Source of the DNA: a virus
Virus record (IMG/VR): IMGVR_UViG_3300027963_000041
Span: 1-64,000 of that record
Reading direction: 5' to 3' (one strand)
DNA: 64,000 nt
Numbering within the stretch: the first letter of the stretch is position 1; each line of letters begins with the position of its first letter. Positions 35,805 to 46,488 of the stretch are shown here, piece after piece. The position numbers were made by a program, and so were the translations under genes. A model generated the notes under the pieces. That model was not told the origin of the DNA. It saw only the letters and a program-made list of their open reading frames with translations, and ran no database searches.

Positions 35805-38800
35805 ATCTCATCGCGAGAGTGTATGCTCTTAATGATGATCGTTCAGTATTGCGTAGAATTGGATGGAAGTCTCTTACCTTGTCATCTTTCATAACGAATG
35901 TTGTGATTGGTGATGACACTTGACGTACTGAGTTATCAACAACTGTATTCACATTTGTTCCGGCTTCAAATGATTTAATCAATGCGTTACCTTGTTCTCT
36001 TAGAAATTGTTGAGAACCAGCACCCAATGTTTCAGTAGCAATGATACCACCAGCAGGTGTATTAGACAATGTAGTTGAAATGTAGTCTAGGCTACTTGTT
36101 ACACCACTTACTGTATTTGCAAATGAGCCATCAAACGCACCACTACCAATTGATCCAGCGGCTTGCATAAATGTACCTGTAAGTACAGTACCTTCTGCTA
36201 TCAACTCTTCTCTTGTCTTTTTCTTTTTTTGCACCTGATTTAATTGAACAAATTGCTGTGCGCCTTCAAAGAACAAAGGACCTGCCTGAATCAACTTAGC
36301 ATAAATTGCTCTTGATTCGTCTGTTGCCAAACCAGTAGACTTAACAAAGTTATCCACAAACTCGCGGTATGCGATTCTGCTTTCTTCGACTGTGCCTTTG
36401 AATTCAGGAATGTCAAAGCCTTCCAAACCTGGAATATTAATCTTAGTTTTAATTTCTGTTTCGATGGCTTCAAATTCTTTCTTTTTCTGATTCAAACTAA
36501 AAGTTAATTGCTCTTCTTGTGTATAGAAATTTCTATAGTAATCGCCAACAAATTTATTGAAATTGTCTTGTTGTTCTCGAAGGTCTTTACCTCCGAACAT
36601 TGTCATAATATCGTATTTCAAATCAGCAAGAGCAAGTCCTGTTGTGCCACCAATTGTTTTAGCAAGATCGTCTGCGGTGTATTTCAACATCTCAAACGCA
36701 TTGTTCATGAAGAGTGTAGATTCTACAAGTCTACTGAATGTTGTTGTTATGCTTTCTAATGCATCACCAACTTTAATCTGATAATTTACAATGTCTGCAT
36801 ATGCAGTCTTGATCATATCATCGCTGAAACCAAGAAGGCTTTCTTGTAGTCTCTTTGCTTGATCAGCCTGTGAAAGACCCATCAAGTTTACTTCAATTGC
36901 TTTTGTGAATCCTGTAATAGCGTTTGGATCAATACCTAGAATGTTTGCGCCTTCGCGAACACCAGTAAAGATATTATTAACCGCACCTTGCATGTACTTA
37001 ACAAGTTCTGGATCGGCATCTGAATAATTTCGACCACTACTACCGCCACTAAATTTACCTCCTGATCGACTCCAATTTTCATACTGACGAATACTGGTTC
37101 CACTTCCCTCTGCAAGAGTGCCCGTAATACCAGCGGCAGTAGTTCTTCTTGGTCCTGAACCAAAAAAAGAATCGGCAATACCACCAAGAACACCACCAAC
37201 AAGACCACCAATACCAGGCATAATAAAGTTACCAATCATCGAACCAATTGTAGATGTACTGATACCGTCAATTATTTGCTTATCGCCTGCAATTGCGCTA
37301 CCGATAAATGAACCCGCCATACCGCCTGCAAGACCCTGTAGTGCCGAACCGGCATATACACCACTTGTCATACCAACAGGAACCTCCATACCGGCTTGTG
37401 CGTATGAAGCGGCTAACTGTGCGGAAGTCATACCTGCATTGGCGGCTTGCATACCACCAGAAAAATTCAACAGAGTTGTTCCCATGCCTGTTGCACCCAT
37501 ATTTACTAAGCCCATACCAGCACTAGCGGCAAGACTAGCGCCACTGGCAAGTAAACTTCCTGTTGCTAATGCATTATAGATTTGATATCCGGCTAAAACA
37601 GTATTGATAAGACCGCCTGGTGTTTTTATGTCAGCATTCTTTAATGCATATAAATTAAATAGTGTTCCGCCAAGGCCAATACCACCGGCGCCACCTTTTA
37701 GAATATCTCCTGCGCCTTCAAATCCTTTTCCTGATACAAAGTTTTTTCCAAGGGCATTCATTGCAAATGTTGCTGGACCAAAACCTAGACCAAGTTTCTG
37801 TGCGGCATAAATCGTACCAAAATCAACAAGAGCATTACCCATTGAGAATCCGCCACCCACAGGTGTGCCTTTACCAGTTACACCTGATATAGTTCCTCCT
37901 GCACCAGTAGCACTAGGCGCTGATGGCGAGAAAATTCCGCTAATTGCATCACCAATTGACTTGGTGCCTGAGAATACATCTCCTACTGCGGAACCGACAC
38001 TCTTAACGCCTTCCCATATGCTTCCAATAGAACTGAAGAAACCTCCGCCACCGCCAGCCATTCCGCTGTACATTTGCATTTGTGCAGATCGTTGTTGCAT
38101 TTGTGCAATCTGTGCTTGAGATTGTAATGAGTATTGGGTGATGTTCGACATACCTTGCAAGTGATTACCTAACACTTGACTCATACCTTGATTATGATAA
38201 TCACCCGCATACACCATACCATCGCGGATTTGTAGGGCGCCTTGTTCCATGTAGCGACCTTGTGAGTCTACGCCAAGTTTCATTTGACGTTCTACATTAC
38301 GCTGATATTCTTCGTAGCCACCAGCACCGCCAAACATTGGGCTAAATGGTTGACCAATCATCAATGCCATTTGTTGACTGAAATTTTGAATGCCTTCTTC
38401 GTAACCAAAAAAACTTCTCATGCCAGTTGGAATACCTGTCATAGCAAAGATCAAGTCTTCAGTCACCATTTTCTTGTTCTGACTGACTGCGGCTTTTGCT
38501 TGCGCTACTTGTGCGCCTTTCTGTCCAAGAAGACCTTCTAATTGATCAACCTTTTGAATCATTTGCAACTTGTCTGCGCCTATCTTACCTGTGATAGGAT
38601 TCATTGCATTCAAGCGATCAACAAGAGTTACTTGTGAAGAAAGTTTATCAAACTCTACTTTTGTTTGATCATAATCTGCTTTGAGTACATCGTATTGTTT
38701 TCTAACTGACGCGCCCTGTGCATAGTTATTGATTGCACGATTAAAGCCTGTTGCGGCATTTGGTCCAAACATAGGACCAAGAACAGTATTTACAAACTGA

Positions 38801-41800
38801 TCTGTATAACTTGCGGCTAACTTCGAGAAGATATTGCCGTAAATAGGACCCATATCTTTGCCAAGAATTTTTGTGGCAAAGTTTTGAAATGAGTTTTGAT
38901 ACAGTTGATCGATAGAACCAAACGCACTATTTTGTTGTCCCGTGACACCAAAACCTTGTGATCCACCAATCGCTTTATAAATGCTACGACTAACATCACC
39001 CTGAATCTGCCCCAAGAATTGCATCTCAAGGCTCTTACGTTGGTTACCATATTGATTGTTTAAGTTTTGAATGCCTGTTGCAATCTGTCGTTGATAAACA
39101 AGATTCTGAGACTCCATCTCATTTGATTTGGCATTTAGACCAATCAATCTTGAATCTGCATCTTGTCCTGTGTATGCAGTTGTTGATGGTCTTCTAGATT
39201 CAATGCCATCAATTATATCTTGTTGAAGCCTAGTTACATTACGAACATATGTTTGTTCAGGTCCGCTAAGTGTTCCATTAAATGATCCCTCAAAATCATC
39301 TCCGCCACCGCCATCATCAAAAATACCAAGCGCGCGCGCACGAGCAGTATCATATGTTTGTTCGGCTCCGCTAAGTGTTCCGCCAAATGATCCTGTAAAA
39401 TCACCTTGACCAAAAGTGCCTCGGGCGGCTTCCATGATACGACCAGTATCGTATGCACCACCGCCACGTGATCCACCGCCATACTGACCAGACATACCTA
39501 CAGTCATTAATGATGGCGGTCTAAGTGCAAATGCTGAACCACCAGAACCAGGCTGTACACCAGAATAATAATTAGATGCGGCTGGTCCACCCTCTTGGCG
39601 AATCATCGCCGCTTGCAATTGAGGAATTAGATGTGAAGGAATTCTGTCATTAGGTCCAATGCCCAATGAACGAGACATGTTTGCAACGTATGCACCAGTA
39701 TCATTATTATCACCAGGAGGTGCATACTTACTAATGAACTGATTAAGCGTCATTCCTCTGGATTGTGTATCCAGTTGAAGTTGCTTTTGCATAGCCGCCA
39801 TACCCATTTCTGGTGATGGGAACTGCGCGAACGATCCATCCGGACCAGGAATCGCACCTTCTAAGACGCCACCAGGACCTGCGTATCTTGAATAGTATCT
39901 TAGGTTACCTGGATTGTTATTGCGTACAGATACAGGTGCATTGTTTGATAAGTTTGTTGGTGTGTAAGTAGGAGAAGACTGGCTAGGCAATGTTGCTGGT
40001 GCCGCTGGCGCAGGCGCTACAGGCGCAGGCGCGGGAGTAGTTAATCCTCTGGTCTCTCTTTTTCTTTCGTTTGCGCTATCTCTGTCTCTTCTTTGTTTAT
40101 CGGAAACAACTGCGTCACGGTCTCTTACATAATTTTCATCTGTTTTAGTGAAAGTTGTTTTCTTATAACTTTCCTTCTCCATCTTAGCGGCTTCTTTTGT
40201 CAGGCCGCTTTGATATGGTTCATACTTAGTTTCTTGTATTTGAAGGCCTTTACCAAACTCTTGTAGTTTTTTCGCCAGTTCGGCGCCACCAGGAATGTAA
40301 TTAAGAAAAGCCGCAACTTTATCAACAACATAAGAGGTAATTGCGTTAACGCCTCTTGAGATTGCATTGAACATACTTGTAATAGAAGGTCCAATAAAGT
40401 TTATGCTTGCATCAATTGCTTTACCCACTACACCGAATACGAACTTCTTGGCGTTGAACCAGCCTTCACCAATTGAATTTGATAAATCATTCCAAAACTC
40501 CCCAATCACATTACCTATACGAATGAATAGTCCACGAATTCCAATTCGATCAAGTATCTCCACAGCAAAGTTGACGATGTTAACAACAAAATCGTCAAAG
40601 ATTAAATACAATTCACTAAAAGCATTCTTAATGCCTTCGCCGTCAAAGGTAAACAATGCGCCAATTAATCTGGCTGTTTCTTTTACAAAATCAAATATGT
40701 TGCTGAATATGCGAGTTACATAAACTGTACCTACTTCTTGCAGACCAGTGTTATAACTTTCTGCCCATGTTGCACCATCTCCAAAAATGTTGCTAATTGC
40801 ATAGTTAAGTACTTGAGATGCAATGTCAATAAAGCCTAAGAAGAACGAAGAAAGACCGCCGCCTAAAAACGCGGCAACACGATCCATAAAGGTAACTTCA
40901 ATTGCATTCTTATCAATGATTGAACCAATTTTGTCCTCATCAAATGCAACTAATAGACCATCAAATATAGAAAGAATAATATCAAGAGGAATTAAAAACT
41001 TCAATAGTTTTTTGCCAATGTCACCAAGAATTTTTACCACTTCAGAATTCTTGATTGCTTCAATGGCATTACCCATTGCTTTCAGTCCTTTTTGAACTGT
41101 TTCTACAATGTATGTCTGATAAAAGTATCCTAGTTTGGCAGCAATAGATTCAAGGAAGCCACCAGTGCCACCAAGAATTTCAGGCATAATTTTGCCTAAG
41201 TCATCTAGGCTTAGTGCTAAACGACCATCTGAGAATGCGGCTGTAACTTTGCTAAACGATTCAAGTGCGCTAGTTCTAAGGCTATCAAATTTTATAGCCA
41301 AGTCATCAAAGTAACTTCCTACTTTACCAAAAGAATCTAAGAATGTTGCTTTGAATGTGTCAAATTTTGCGCCAATGTTTGCTTTTACTTCATCAAGCAA
41401 GTCGGCAAGAATTGCTACGTTAATAAGTGTGGCGTTTCTTAATCGACCAAAACTTGCTGGTAGCGCACTAAAGATTCCTTCAATTGCACGAACTACATCA
41501 TCAAAGTTAGGTAGTCTGATTCTGGCTTTAAAATCATCAAACGCTTTGATAATGTCATCAAAGTTAGGTAGTCTAAATCGTAATTTAAAGTCATCAAACG
41601 ATTTAATAATGTCATCAAAGTTGGGTAGTCTAAATCGTGATTTAAAGTCATCGAATGCAGTTCTAAATGTATCAAGAAGACCTGTAAACACGCCTATAAA
41701 ACGTCTTGGTAAATCCGAAAAGAATTTAACCAAATCATCAATGAAAGGAAGTTTCTTAAATCTATCAAATAGGTTTGTGAAAAAATCACCAAAGCGTCTT

Positions 41801-42621
41801 GGTAAATCCGAAAAGAATTTGATTAGATCATCGATGAAAGGAAGTTTCTTAAATCTATCAAATAAATTTTTGAAAAAATCACCAAAGCGTCTTGGTAAAT
41901 CCGAAAAGAATTTAACCAAATCATCAATGAAAGAAAGTTTCTTAAATCTATCAAATAGGTTTCTGAAAAAATCGCCAAAACGTCTTGGCAAGTCTTCAAA
42001 GAATTTGGCTAGATTGTCTAACGAAGGAAACTTTACTCTTAGATTCTTTAAAAAGTCTAAGAATCGTAGAAGCCCATTGCCAAGACCACGGAGTACGTCT
42101 GTAATAAAGTTTACTATTTTTCCTAGACGAGCAAGCCCGTCTTCAAGGAATTTCAATATCCTTCTAAATCTTGCAAGAATGTCATCAAACTTTGTATTGA
42201 GTGCATCCAAGAAACCTTTAAAAAGTTTTAGAAGTTTATCAAAACCTTTTGCAAATGCGCCAGCAATTGCAAGCGCAAGGTTTTTTAAGAAGTTTAGAAA
42301 ACTGTTTTCATCACCTTTACCAAGCCCTAATAAAGCCTTTAGAATGTCTGATAGTGTTTGATTAGTTTTCTTTTGTTCACCGAGAATATCGGTAAAAAGT
42401 TTTTTCTGCTCTAAAGATTTTTCTTCTTCAAATGCCCTATCGCGCTGGCGCTGAGTTTGATCAACCTTCATCATTTTAGCAAGGCTTGCAAATGCAGGTG
42501 CAAATGCCGCAGGGTTACCCGCCATGGCAGCCCCTTTCAGGCCTGCTCCGAAGCCTGAAAGGGATTGACTGATTGAACCAGCAATCGTTTTACCTATGTC
42601 GCCTACTAAATTTGTTGCCAT
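35803..42621 (-). CDS. tape-measure-like/baseplate hub protein with a putative muramidase-like domain
   Basis: 2272 aa, helical with repeats; RNNNPGNLR...YAP...NDT..Y domain; Gly-rich hydrophobic region; lies downstream of gp26-gp51. Confidence 0.75.
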   Translation of the reverse strand: MATNLVGDIGKTIAGSISQSLSGFGAGLKGAAMAGNPAAFAPAFASLAKMMKVDQTQRQRDRAFEEEKSLEQKKLFTDILGEQKKTNQTLSDILKALLGLGKGDENSFLNFLKNLALAIAGAFAKGFDKLLKLFKGFLDALNTKFDDILARFRRILKFLEDGLARLGKIVNFITDVLRGLGNGLLRFLDFLKNLRVKFPSLDNLAKFFEDLPRRFGDFFRNLFDRFKKLSFIDDLVKFFSDLPRRFGDFFKNLFDRFKKLPFIDDLIKFFSDLPRRFGDFFTNLFDRFKKLPFIDDLVKFFSDLPRRFIGVFTGLLDTFRTAFDDFKSRFRLPNFDDIIKSFDDFKLRFRLPNFDDIIKAFDDFKARIRLPNFDDVVRAIEGIFSALPASFGRLRNATLINVAILADLLDEVKANIGAKFDTFKATFLDSFGKVGSYFDDLAIKFDSLRTSALESFSKVTAAFSDGRLALSLDDLGKIMPEILGGTGGFLESIAAKLGYFYQTYIVETVQKGLKAMGNAIEAIKNSEVVKILGDIGKKLLKFLIPLDIILSIFDGLLVAFDEDKIGSIIDKNAIEVTFMDRVAAFLGGGLSSFFLGFIDIASQVLNYAISNIFGDGATWAESYNTGLQEVGTVYVTRIFSNIFDFVKETARLIGALFTFDGEGIKNAFSELYLIFDDFVVNIVNFAVEILDRIGIRGLFIRIGNVIGEFWNDLSNSIGEGWFNAKKFVFGVVGKAIDASINFIGPSITSMFNAISRGVNAITSYVVDKVAAFLNYIPGGAELAKKLQEFGKGLQIQETKYEPYQSGLTKEAAKMEKESYKKTTFTKTDENYVRDRDAVVSDKQRRDRDSANERKRETRGLTTPAPAPVAPAPAAPATLPSQSSPTYTPTNLSNNAPVSVRNNNPGNLRYYSRYAGPGGVLEGAIPGPDGSFAQFPSPEMGMAAMQKQLQLDTQSRGMTLNQFISKYAPPGDNNDTGAYVANMSRSLGIGPNDRIPSHLIPQLQAAMIRQEGGPAASNYYSGVQPGSGGSAFALRPPSLMTVGMSGQYGGGSRGGGAYDTGRIMEAARGTFGQGDFTGSFGGTLSGAEQTYDTARARALGIFDDGGGGDDFEGSFNGTLSGPEQTYVRNVTRLQQDIIDGIESRRPSTTAYTGQDADSRLIGLNAKSNEMESQNLVYQRQIATGIQNLNNQYGNQRKSLEMQFLGQIQGDVSRSIYKAIGGSQGFGVTGQQNSAFGSIDQLYQNSFQNFATKILGKDMGPIYGNIFSKLAASYTDQFVNTVLGPMFGPNAATGFNRAINNYAQGASVRKQYDVLKADYDQTKVEFDKLSSQVTLVDRLNAMNPITGKIGADKLQMIQKVDQLEGLLGQKGAQVAQAKAAVSQNKKMVTEDLIFAMTGIPTGMRSFFGYEEGIQNFSQQMALMIGQPFSPMFGGAGGYEEYQRNVERQMKLGVDSQGRYMEQGALQIRDGMVYAGDYHNQGMSQVLGNHLQGMSNITQYSLQSQAQIAQMQQRSAQMQMYSGMAGGGGGFFSSIGSIWEGVKSVGSAVGDVFSGTKSIGDAISGIFSPSAPSATGAGGTISGVTGKGTPVGGGFSMGNALVDFGTIYAAQKLGLGFGPATFAMNALGKNFVSGKGFEGAGDILKGGAGGIGLGGTLFNLYALKNADIKTPGGLINTVLAGYQIYNALATGSLLASGASLAASAGMGLVNMGATGMGTTLLNFSGGMQAANAGMTSAQLAASYAQAGMEVPVGMTSGVYAGSALQGLAGGMAGSFIGSAIAGDKQIIDGISTSTIGSMIGNFIMPGIGGLVGGVLGGIADSFFGSGPRRTTAAGITGTLAEGSGTSIRQYENWSRSGGKFSGGSSGRNYSDADPELVKYMQGAVNNIFTGVREGANILGIDPNAITGFTKAIEVNLMGLSQADQAKRLQESLLGFSDDMIKTAYADIVNYQIKVGDALESITTTFSRLVESTLFMNNAFEMLKYTADDLAKTIGGTTGLALADLKYDIMTMFGGKDLREQQDNFNKFVGDYYRNFYTQEEQLTFSLNQKKKEFEAIETEIKTKINIPGLEGFDIPEFKGTVEESRIAYREFVDNFVKSTGLATDESRAIYAKLIQAGPLFFEGAQQFVQLNQVQKKKKTREELIAEGTVLTGTFMQAAGSIGSGAFDGSFANTVSGVTSSLDYISTTLSNTPAGGIIATETLGAGSQQFLREQGNALIKSFEAGTNVNTVVDNSVRQVSSPITTFVMKDDKVRDFHPILRNTERSSLRAYTLAMR
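41497..42000 (-). repeat. intragenic tandem repeats (93-nt/31-aa and 57-nt/19-aa units)
   Basis: FFSDLPRRFGDFFxNLFDRFKKLPFIDDLxK about three and a half times; FDDFKxRxRLPNFDDIIKx about three times. Confidence 0.9.
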
Positions 42622-42819
42622 TTATTTTCTTCTTGACTTTGATTGCGCTTGTTGTTCTCTTTGTCTCTGATTTTCTTCTTTTATGAATTCGCCCAATAAA
42701 GTTATATAAATGTCACGCTCGAAAGGCATCATCTCCTCAAGTTCAGTTAAACTATATTTATGGTGTTGTACCATAGCAAAGTTTGTTTTGTAATAATTTA
42801 GAAGATTTTCATTCGACAT
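42622..42819 (-). CDS. gp51: baseplate hub assembly catalyst
   Basis: YYKTNFAMVQHHKYSLTELEEMMPFERDIY motif. Confidence 0.88.
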   Translation of the reverse strand: MSNENLLNYYKTNFAMVQHHKYSLTELEEMMPFERDIYITLLGEFIKEENQRQREQQAQSKSRRK

Positions 42820-42821
42820 TG

Positions 42822-43562
42822 TTACCCGAAAAAACTTGTCATACCCTCCAACTCAACCTTGTCATCGCAACCGCAATGAGAGCAAGTCCATGCAATTGTT
42901 TTTCTGAGTTTAGGCATTGTATTAAAGAATTCAGTTATTTTTGCAAACTGTTCTTGTGAAAGTCCGTTGATAAATTCAATCAATTCAGCCTTTGTAGATT
43001 CGCTTGCAGGATATGTGTTTTCGTTATCGAAAATATAGTCAATACTTTCAACCACAACGCCTTGAATCACATCGAATTGATTTTGTTTATCGTTTGCTTG
43101 TAACTTATCTGCCATAGACATGGTTGGATATTTCAATACAACACCAACACCAGACTCTTCATCTAAAAGAATCTTGTTAGTATGAGTATCTCCTACTTCT
43201 ACTTCAACATCCATAATGTTGAACTTGTATGGTGTATTGAATTCACACATTTCACCCTTAGAGTTTAGCCCTGTAGGGTGTGTAAGTTTGAGTTCAATCT
43301 CTTCACCAATTGACTTGCCACGAAGACGTAGGAAGAAATATTCCAAATCGAACATTGGAAGTTTATCCACATCAATTTCGTCTACAGAGCAATTGGTAAT
43401 GATCTGTTTAATTGCACGAAGCATCTCTTTTGGATCTTGAGATTCAAGAGCCATTAAAAGAATCTTTTGTTCTTTAACTAAGAACGGTCTGTACTTGTAA
43501 CTTTGTTTGGTTGAGTGTAATGTCAACTCATAAATCGGTGATTTGATTTTTGGTAAAGCCAT
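42822..43562 (-). CDS. gp26: baseplate hub subunit
   Basis: MALPKI..P.YEL, YRPFLVKEQKILL and FFNTMPKL motifs. Confidence 0.92.
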   Translation of the reverse strand: MALPKIKSPIYELTLHSTKQSYKYRPFLVKEQKILLMALESQDPKEMLRAIKQIITNCSVDEIDVDKLPMFDLEYFFLRLRGKSIGEEIELKLTHPTGLNSKGEMCEFNTPYKFNIMDVEVEVGDTHTNKILLDEESGVGVVLKYPTMSMADKLQANDKQNQFDVIQGVVVESIDYIFDNENTYPASESTKAELIEFINGLSQEQFAKITEFFNTMPKLRKTIAWTCSHCGCDDKVELEGMTSFFG

Positions 43563-43591
43563 GATATTTCTCCTTTAGTATAAAAAAATGA

Positions 43592-44350
43592 TTACGCAGT
43601 TTGTACTGGACGTCCAGTAACTCGACCATCAAGATCAAAATTTGGATCCACTACTCTTGCCTGGTCTCCAGGCAAATTAATGTAACCCTGCGTAAAGTCC
43701 ACAGTATGAAAACGATATGTCATTGTTACTGAAAATCGTTGATATGTGTTCGGTTCTTCCCAAGTCAAGTTCATTGGGCTAAGTTGAATTGGATATGCAT
43801 TGTAAAGTGTGTATCTTGCAAGTTGTCTTCTATCACCACTCACTTGAATAATTCTCACTTGTCCTGATGCATATTGATTGTAATATTTTGCGAGTCCTGC
43901 TCGACTTGCATTTCCGTTTTTAAGGTCTGTTTGATTGATAATGTTTTCTACCCAAACCTCAAACATTGCTCTTTCTCTAAAGTCTTCAGAGCAAATAATT
44001 TGTAAAGGCACATCTGCGTAAGAAGTTTCATATGCGTATTTTGTTGTTGGACCATATGCTTGATCGTCACTTGTAGACACACTTCTTCCTGGCAATTCAG
44101 TTGCTTCACAACGAAAGCGAAAAGTTGAGTTAATGTCTTTTCCGTCAAATGAATTCCACCAGTTTGTTTCGGAAATATTTACGCTACCTTCAACATTAAA
44201 AGTTTGTCCTGGACGACCAGGATTTGTAAGTCCTGTTCGTGCCTTACTTAAAAACGCACTTCTTAATTCTGGAGGCAAGTCGACCTCCACATAAAACATG
44301 TTAGGTCTTACGACCGAGAAGTTTGTTCTGAATTGGCTGATACTAAACAT
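43592..44350 (-). CDS. tail tube initiator/gp19-family protein (gp54-like)
   Basis: RPNxF, CEATELPG and LYNAYP...LTW motifs. Confidence 0.75.
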   Translation of the reverse strand: MFSISQFRTNFSVVRPNMFYVEVDLPPELRSAFLSKARTGLTNPGRPGQTFNVEGSVNISETNWWNSFDGKDINSTFRFRCEATELPGRSVSTSDDQAYGPTTKYAYETSYADVPLQIICSEDFRERAMFEVWVENIINQTDLKNGNASRAGLAKYYNQYASGQVRIIQVSGDRRQLARYTLYNAYPIQLSPMNLTWEEPNTYQRFSVTMTYRFHTVDFTQGYINLPGDQARVVDPNFDLDGRVTGRPVQTA

Positions 44351-44362
44351 TTATGTTTTTCC

Positions 44363-44959
44363 TTAGATCATTGATCGACTGTCTGCCCAAATGCTTGCTT
44401 TATCTGATTTTTTAAATCTTTCAAGCGGCATGAACAATGCCATGTCCCATTCTGGTGCCCTAATTTCTAAAAACTGGGAGCGAATGTGATTGTTTAAGTA
44501 TCGCTTAACAGTTGGTTTGAACGCACTATATTTAGATGCACTTTTCAGAATACGATAGGTTGCTAGAATCTTTGTTTTCTCATTGTACTTTTTATCAGTA
44601 GTGATACTGTATAATGCATCCATTAATTTTGCGCGAAGCATATATGGCAAGTAGTGAAAGTTGATGCCTAGAAAGCCATCGTTATAAGTCTCAATCGGAA
44701 AGATAAGTGGAAATGTGTCGTAGTATGGTAGATCAAGTTTGCCTTTTGGATCATACTTAAACAAGTACATATATCCAGGCTTCATCTCTACAACTTTACG
44801 CTTTGGTTCAAACGAACGAATAATTTTGGATGGGGTAAGCGAAGCAACGCCTTCCGCTTGGGCTGCGGCATCTCTGTACCATTCTCTTGCGACTTTGGTT
44901 CTGGCGGGTGTCATACCTGCTAAAACGCCGCGATAGATGAGTTCTTTAAATAATAGCAT
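44363..44959 (-). CDS. gp2: DNA end protector protein
   Basis: YDPK.K..LPYYD.FPL and GINFHYL motifs. Confidence 0.92.
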   Translation of the reverse strand: MLLFKELIYRGVLAGMTPARTKVAREWYRDAAAQAEGVASLTPSKIIRSFEPKRKVVEMKPGYMYLFKYDPKGKLDLPYYDTFPLIFPIETYNDGFLGINFHYLPYMLRAKLMDALYSITTDKKYNEKTKILATYRILKSASKYSAFKPTVKRYLNNHIRSQFLEIRAPEWDMALFMPLERFKKSDKASIWADSRSMI

Positions 44960-44988
44960 AAATTCCTACTGATCTGCGATACATATAT

Positions 44989-45423
44989 TTATGTCAATTG
45001 CTTCTCAGTAAGTAACTTAAATTCCCAATTTCTGTCTAAACAATACTCAGTTGCCGCTTTCCATTTTGCTTGATTGACGCCCCATGTCATTACTTCATTG
45101 AGGTATCTGCGCGTTGGTTTGCCAACAAGTCTTGAAGGTTCTCGCGTTTGTTTGTCAGGCTTTACTTCAATCAACGATGCGCGAATTGTGCCGTTTCTAT
45201 CTTTGTAACGAATCCAAAAATCAACAAAATATCGATGCCAACGATTGTCAAGCGGAGACCTATAGGGCACGACTACTTCTTCAGAATTCCATTCTAAGAT
45301 TGCTGAATTAGTATCGCAATACACCATGAATCTACGTTCAAGTAGACTGCGATATATGATACCCGTTGGATCACCCTTATATTTTTGAGGGTTTTTTGGT
45401 TTGAATCTACCTTTGTATGCCAT
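44989..45423 (-). CDS. gp4: head completion nuclease
   Basis: KYKGDP..IIYRS, HRYFVDF, EVKP and NQAKW motifs. Confidence 0.93.
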   Translation of the reverse strand: MAYKGRFKPKNPQKYKGDPTGIIYRSLLERRFMVYCDTNSAILEWNSEEVVVPYRSPLDNRWHRYFVDFWIRYKDRNGTIRASLIEVKPDKQTREPSRLVGKPTRRYLNEVMTWGVNQAKWKAATEYCLDRNWEFKLLTEKQLT

Positions 45424-45431
45424 TTTTAGAT

Positions 45432-45439
45432 TATAAATA
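45432..45439 (+). promoter_or_regulatory. T4-type late promoter
   Basis: TATAAATA ahead of the structural operon. Confidence 0.8.
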
Positions 45440-45464
45440 AGAGAGTTAATCTATAGGGATTTAT

Positions 45465-46487
45465 ATGGCAAGAACATCTTTCACACCAACCGCTGACGGG
45501 CAGACTGCTCTGTATCCTGAGGCTGGTTCGGGAATACAGGAAGCGTCTACCGAAGTAAGCGGGCATGACCGTTATAGTGCGGCTGGTTTAGTGCAAGGAA
45601 CTGGAGTATGGCAATTTCCTATTGAGAATGATGCTTTTAACGTGCCTTTTCTACAATTCAAATTTCTTGATGCCTTTGGTAATCTTTTCAATAATCAAAG
45701 GGCACCTACTATTTATCTGCGAATGCCTAATCAATTTAACATTTCTGGCTTCTCAGAGTACGCAAGAACAGATAATGTTTTTGGTGCAGGCAATCAACTA
45801 CTTCAAAATGAAAATGCTTTAGCAATTGGCAAAGCAAAACAAGAAGAAGGATTTGATTCTAGTTTAATTGCAAAGTATGGATTAAGTGCGGCTGAAGCAT
45901 TTCAAACAGGTGTTGCTAGGGCATTGGCTGGCGTTGAAGGCTTTCTTGCATCTGGTGGTATGAACAACATTTCACAATTTGAGTTTACTCAAAGACAAGC
46001 AATTAATCCATTTGCTCAGTTGTTGTATAAAGGTCCGCAACATCGCAAGTATCAAATACCTGTTATCATGCGCCCGAGAACAAAACAAGAAGCAGACAAC
46101 ATCAAAAAAATTATTCATACTTTTAGGGTTGCTTCGTCACCCTCAGTTCCTAACGTAAGTGGTAATCTAAGATACTCTTCAATCAGCAAAGGTACGCAAA
46201 CAATTGAAACCGGCATTGGTGAAGGTAGCACATTTACATTTGGCTATCCTCACCTCACACAGTTTGACGTAATATTTAAGACTGTAGAACAAGACATTAA
46301 AGTTTTTAGAAGCAAGCCTTGTGTAATTGATTCTGTTGCAGTTGATTATGGTGGTCAAAAACTTACATTCTTTGAAGATGGCAACGTAACAGAAGCACAA
46401 TTAACAATTCAGTTGACAGAGATTATTCCAAGAACACTTGGTGATGGTATGTCAGAAGCAAAAAATACTAACTTCTCAATGATATAA
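45465..46487 (+). CDS. gp48: baseplate tail tube cap
   Basis: IYLRMP, NP...LYKGP..R and F..G....LxIQLTEI motifs; synteny. Confidence 0.75.
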   Translation: MARTSFTPTADGQTALYPEAGSGIQEASTEVSGHDRYSAAGLVQGTGVWQFPIENDAFNVPFLQFKFLDAFGNLFNNQRAPTIYLRMPNQFNISGFSEYARTDNVFGAGNQLLQNENALAIGKAKQEEGFDSSLIAKYGLSAAEAFQTGVARALAGVEGFLASGGMNNISQFEFTQRQAINPFAQLLYKGPQHRKYQIPVIMRPRTKQEADNIKKIIHTFRVASSPSVPNVSGNLRYSSISKGTQTIETGIGEGSTFTFGYPHLTQFDVIFKTVEQDIKVFRSKPCVIDSVAVDYGGQKLTFFEDGNVTEAQLTIQLTEIIPRTLGDGMSEAKNTNFSMI

Positions 46488-46488
46488 A

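Noticed and set aside
41351-42361. 336-aa plus-strand ORF
   Set aside because: Antisense shadow of the repeat region in the tape-measure-like gene
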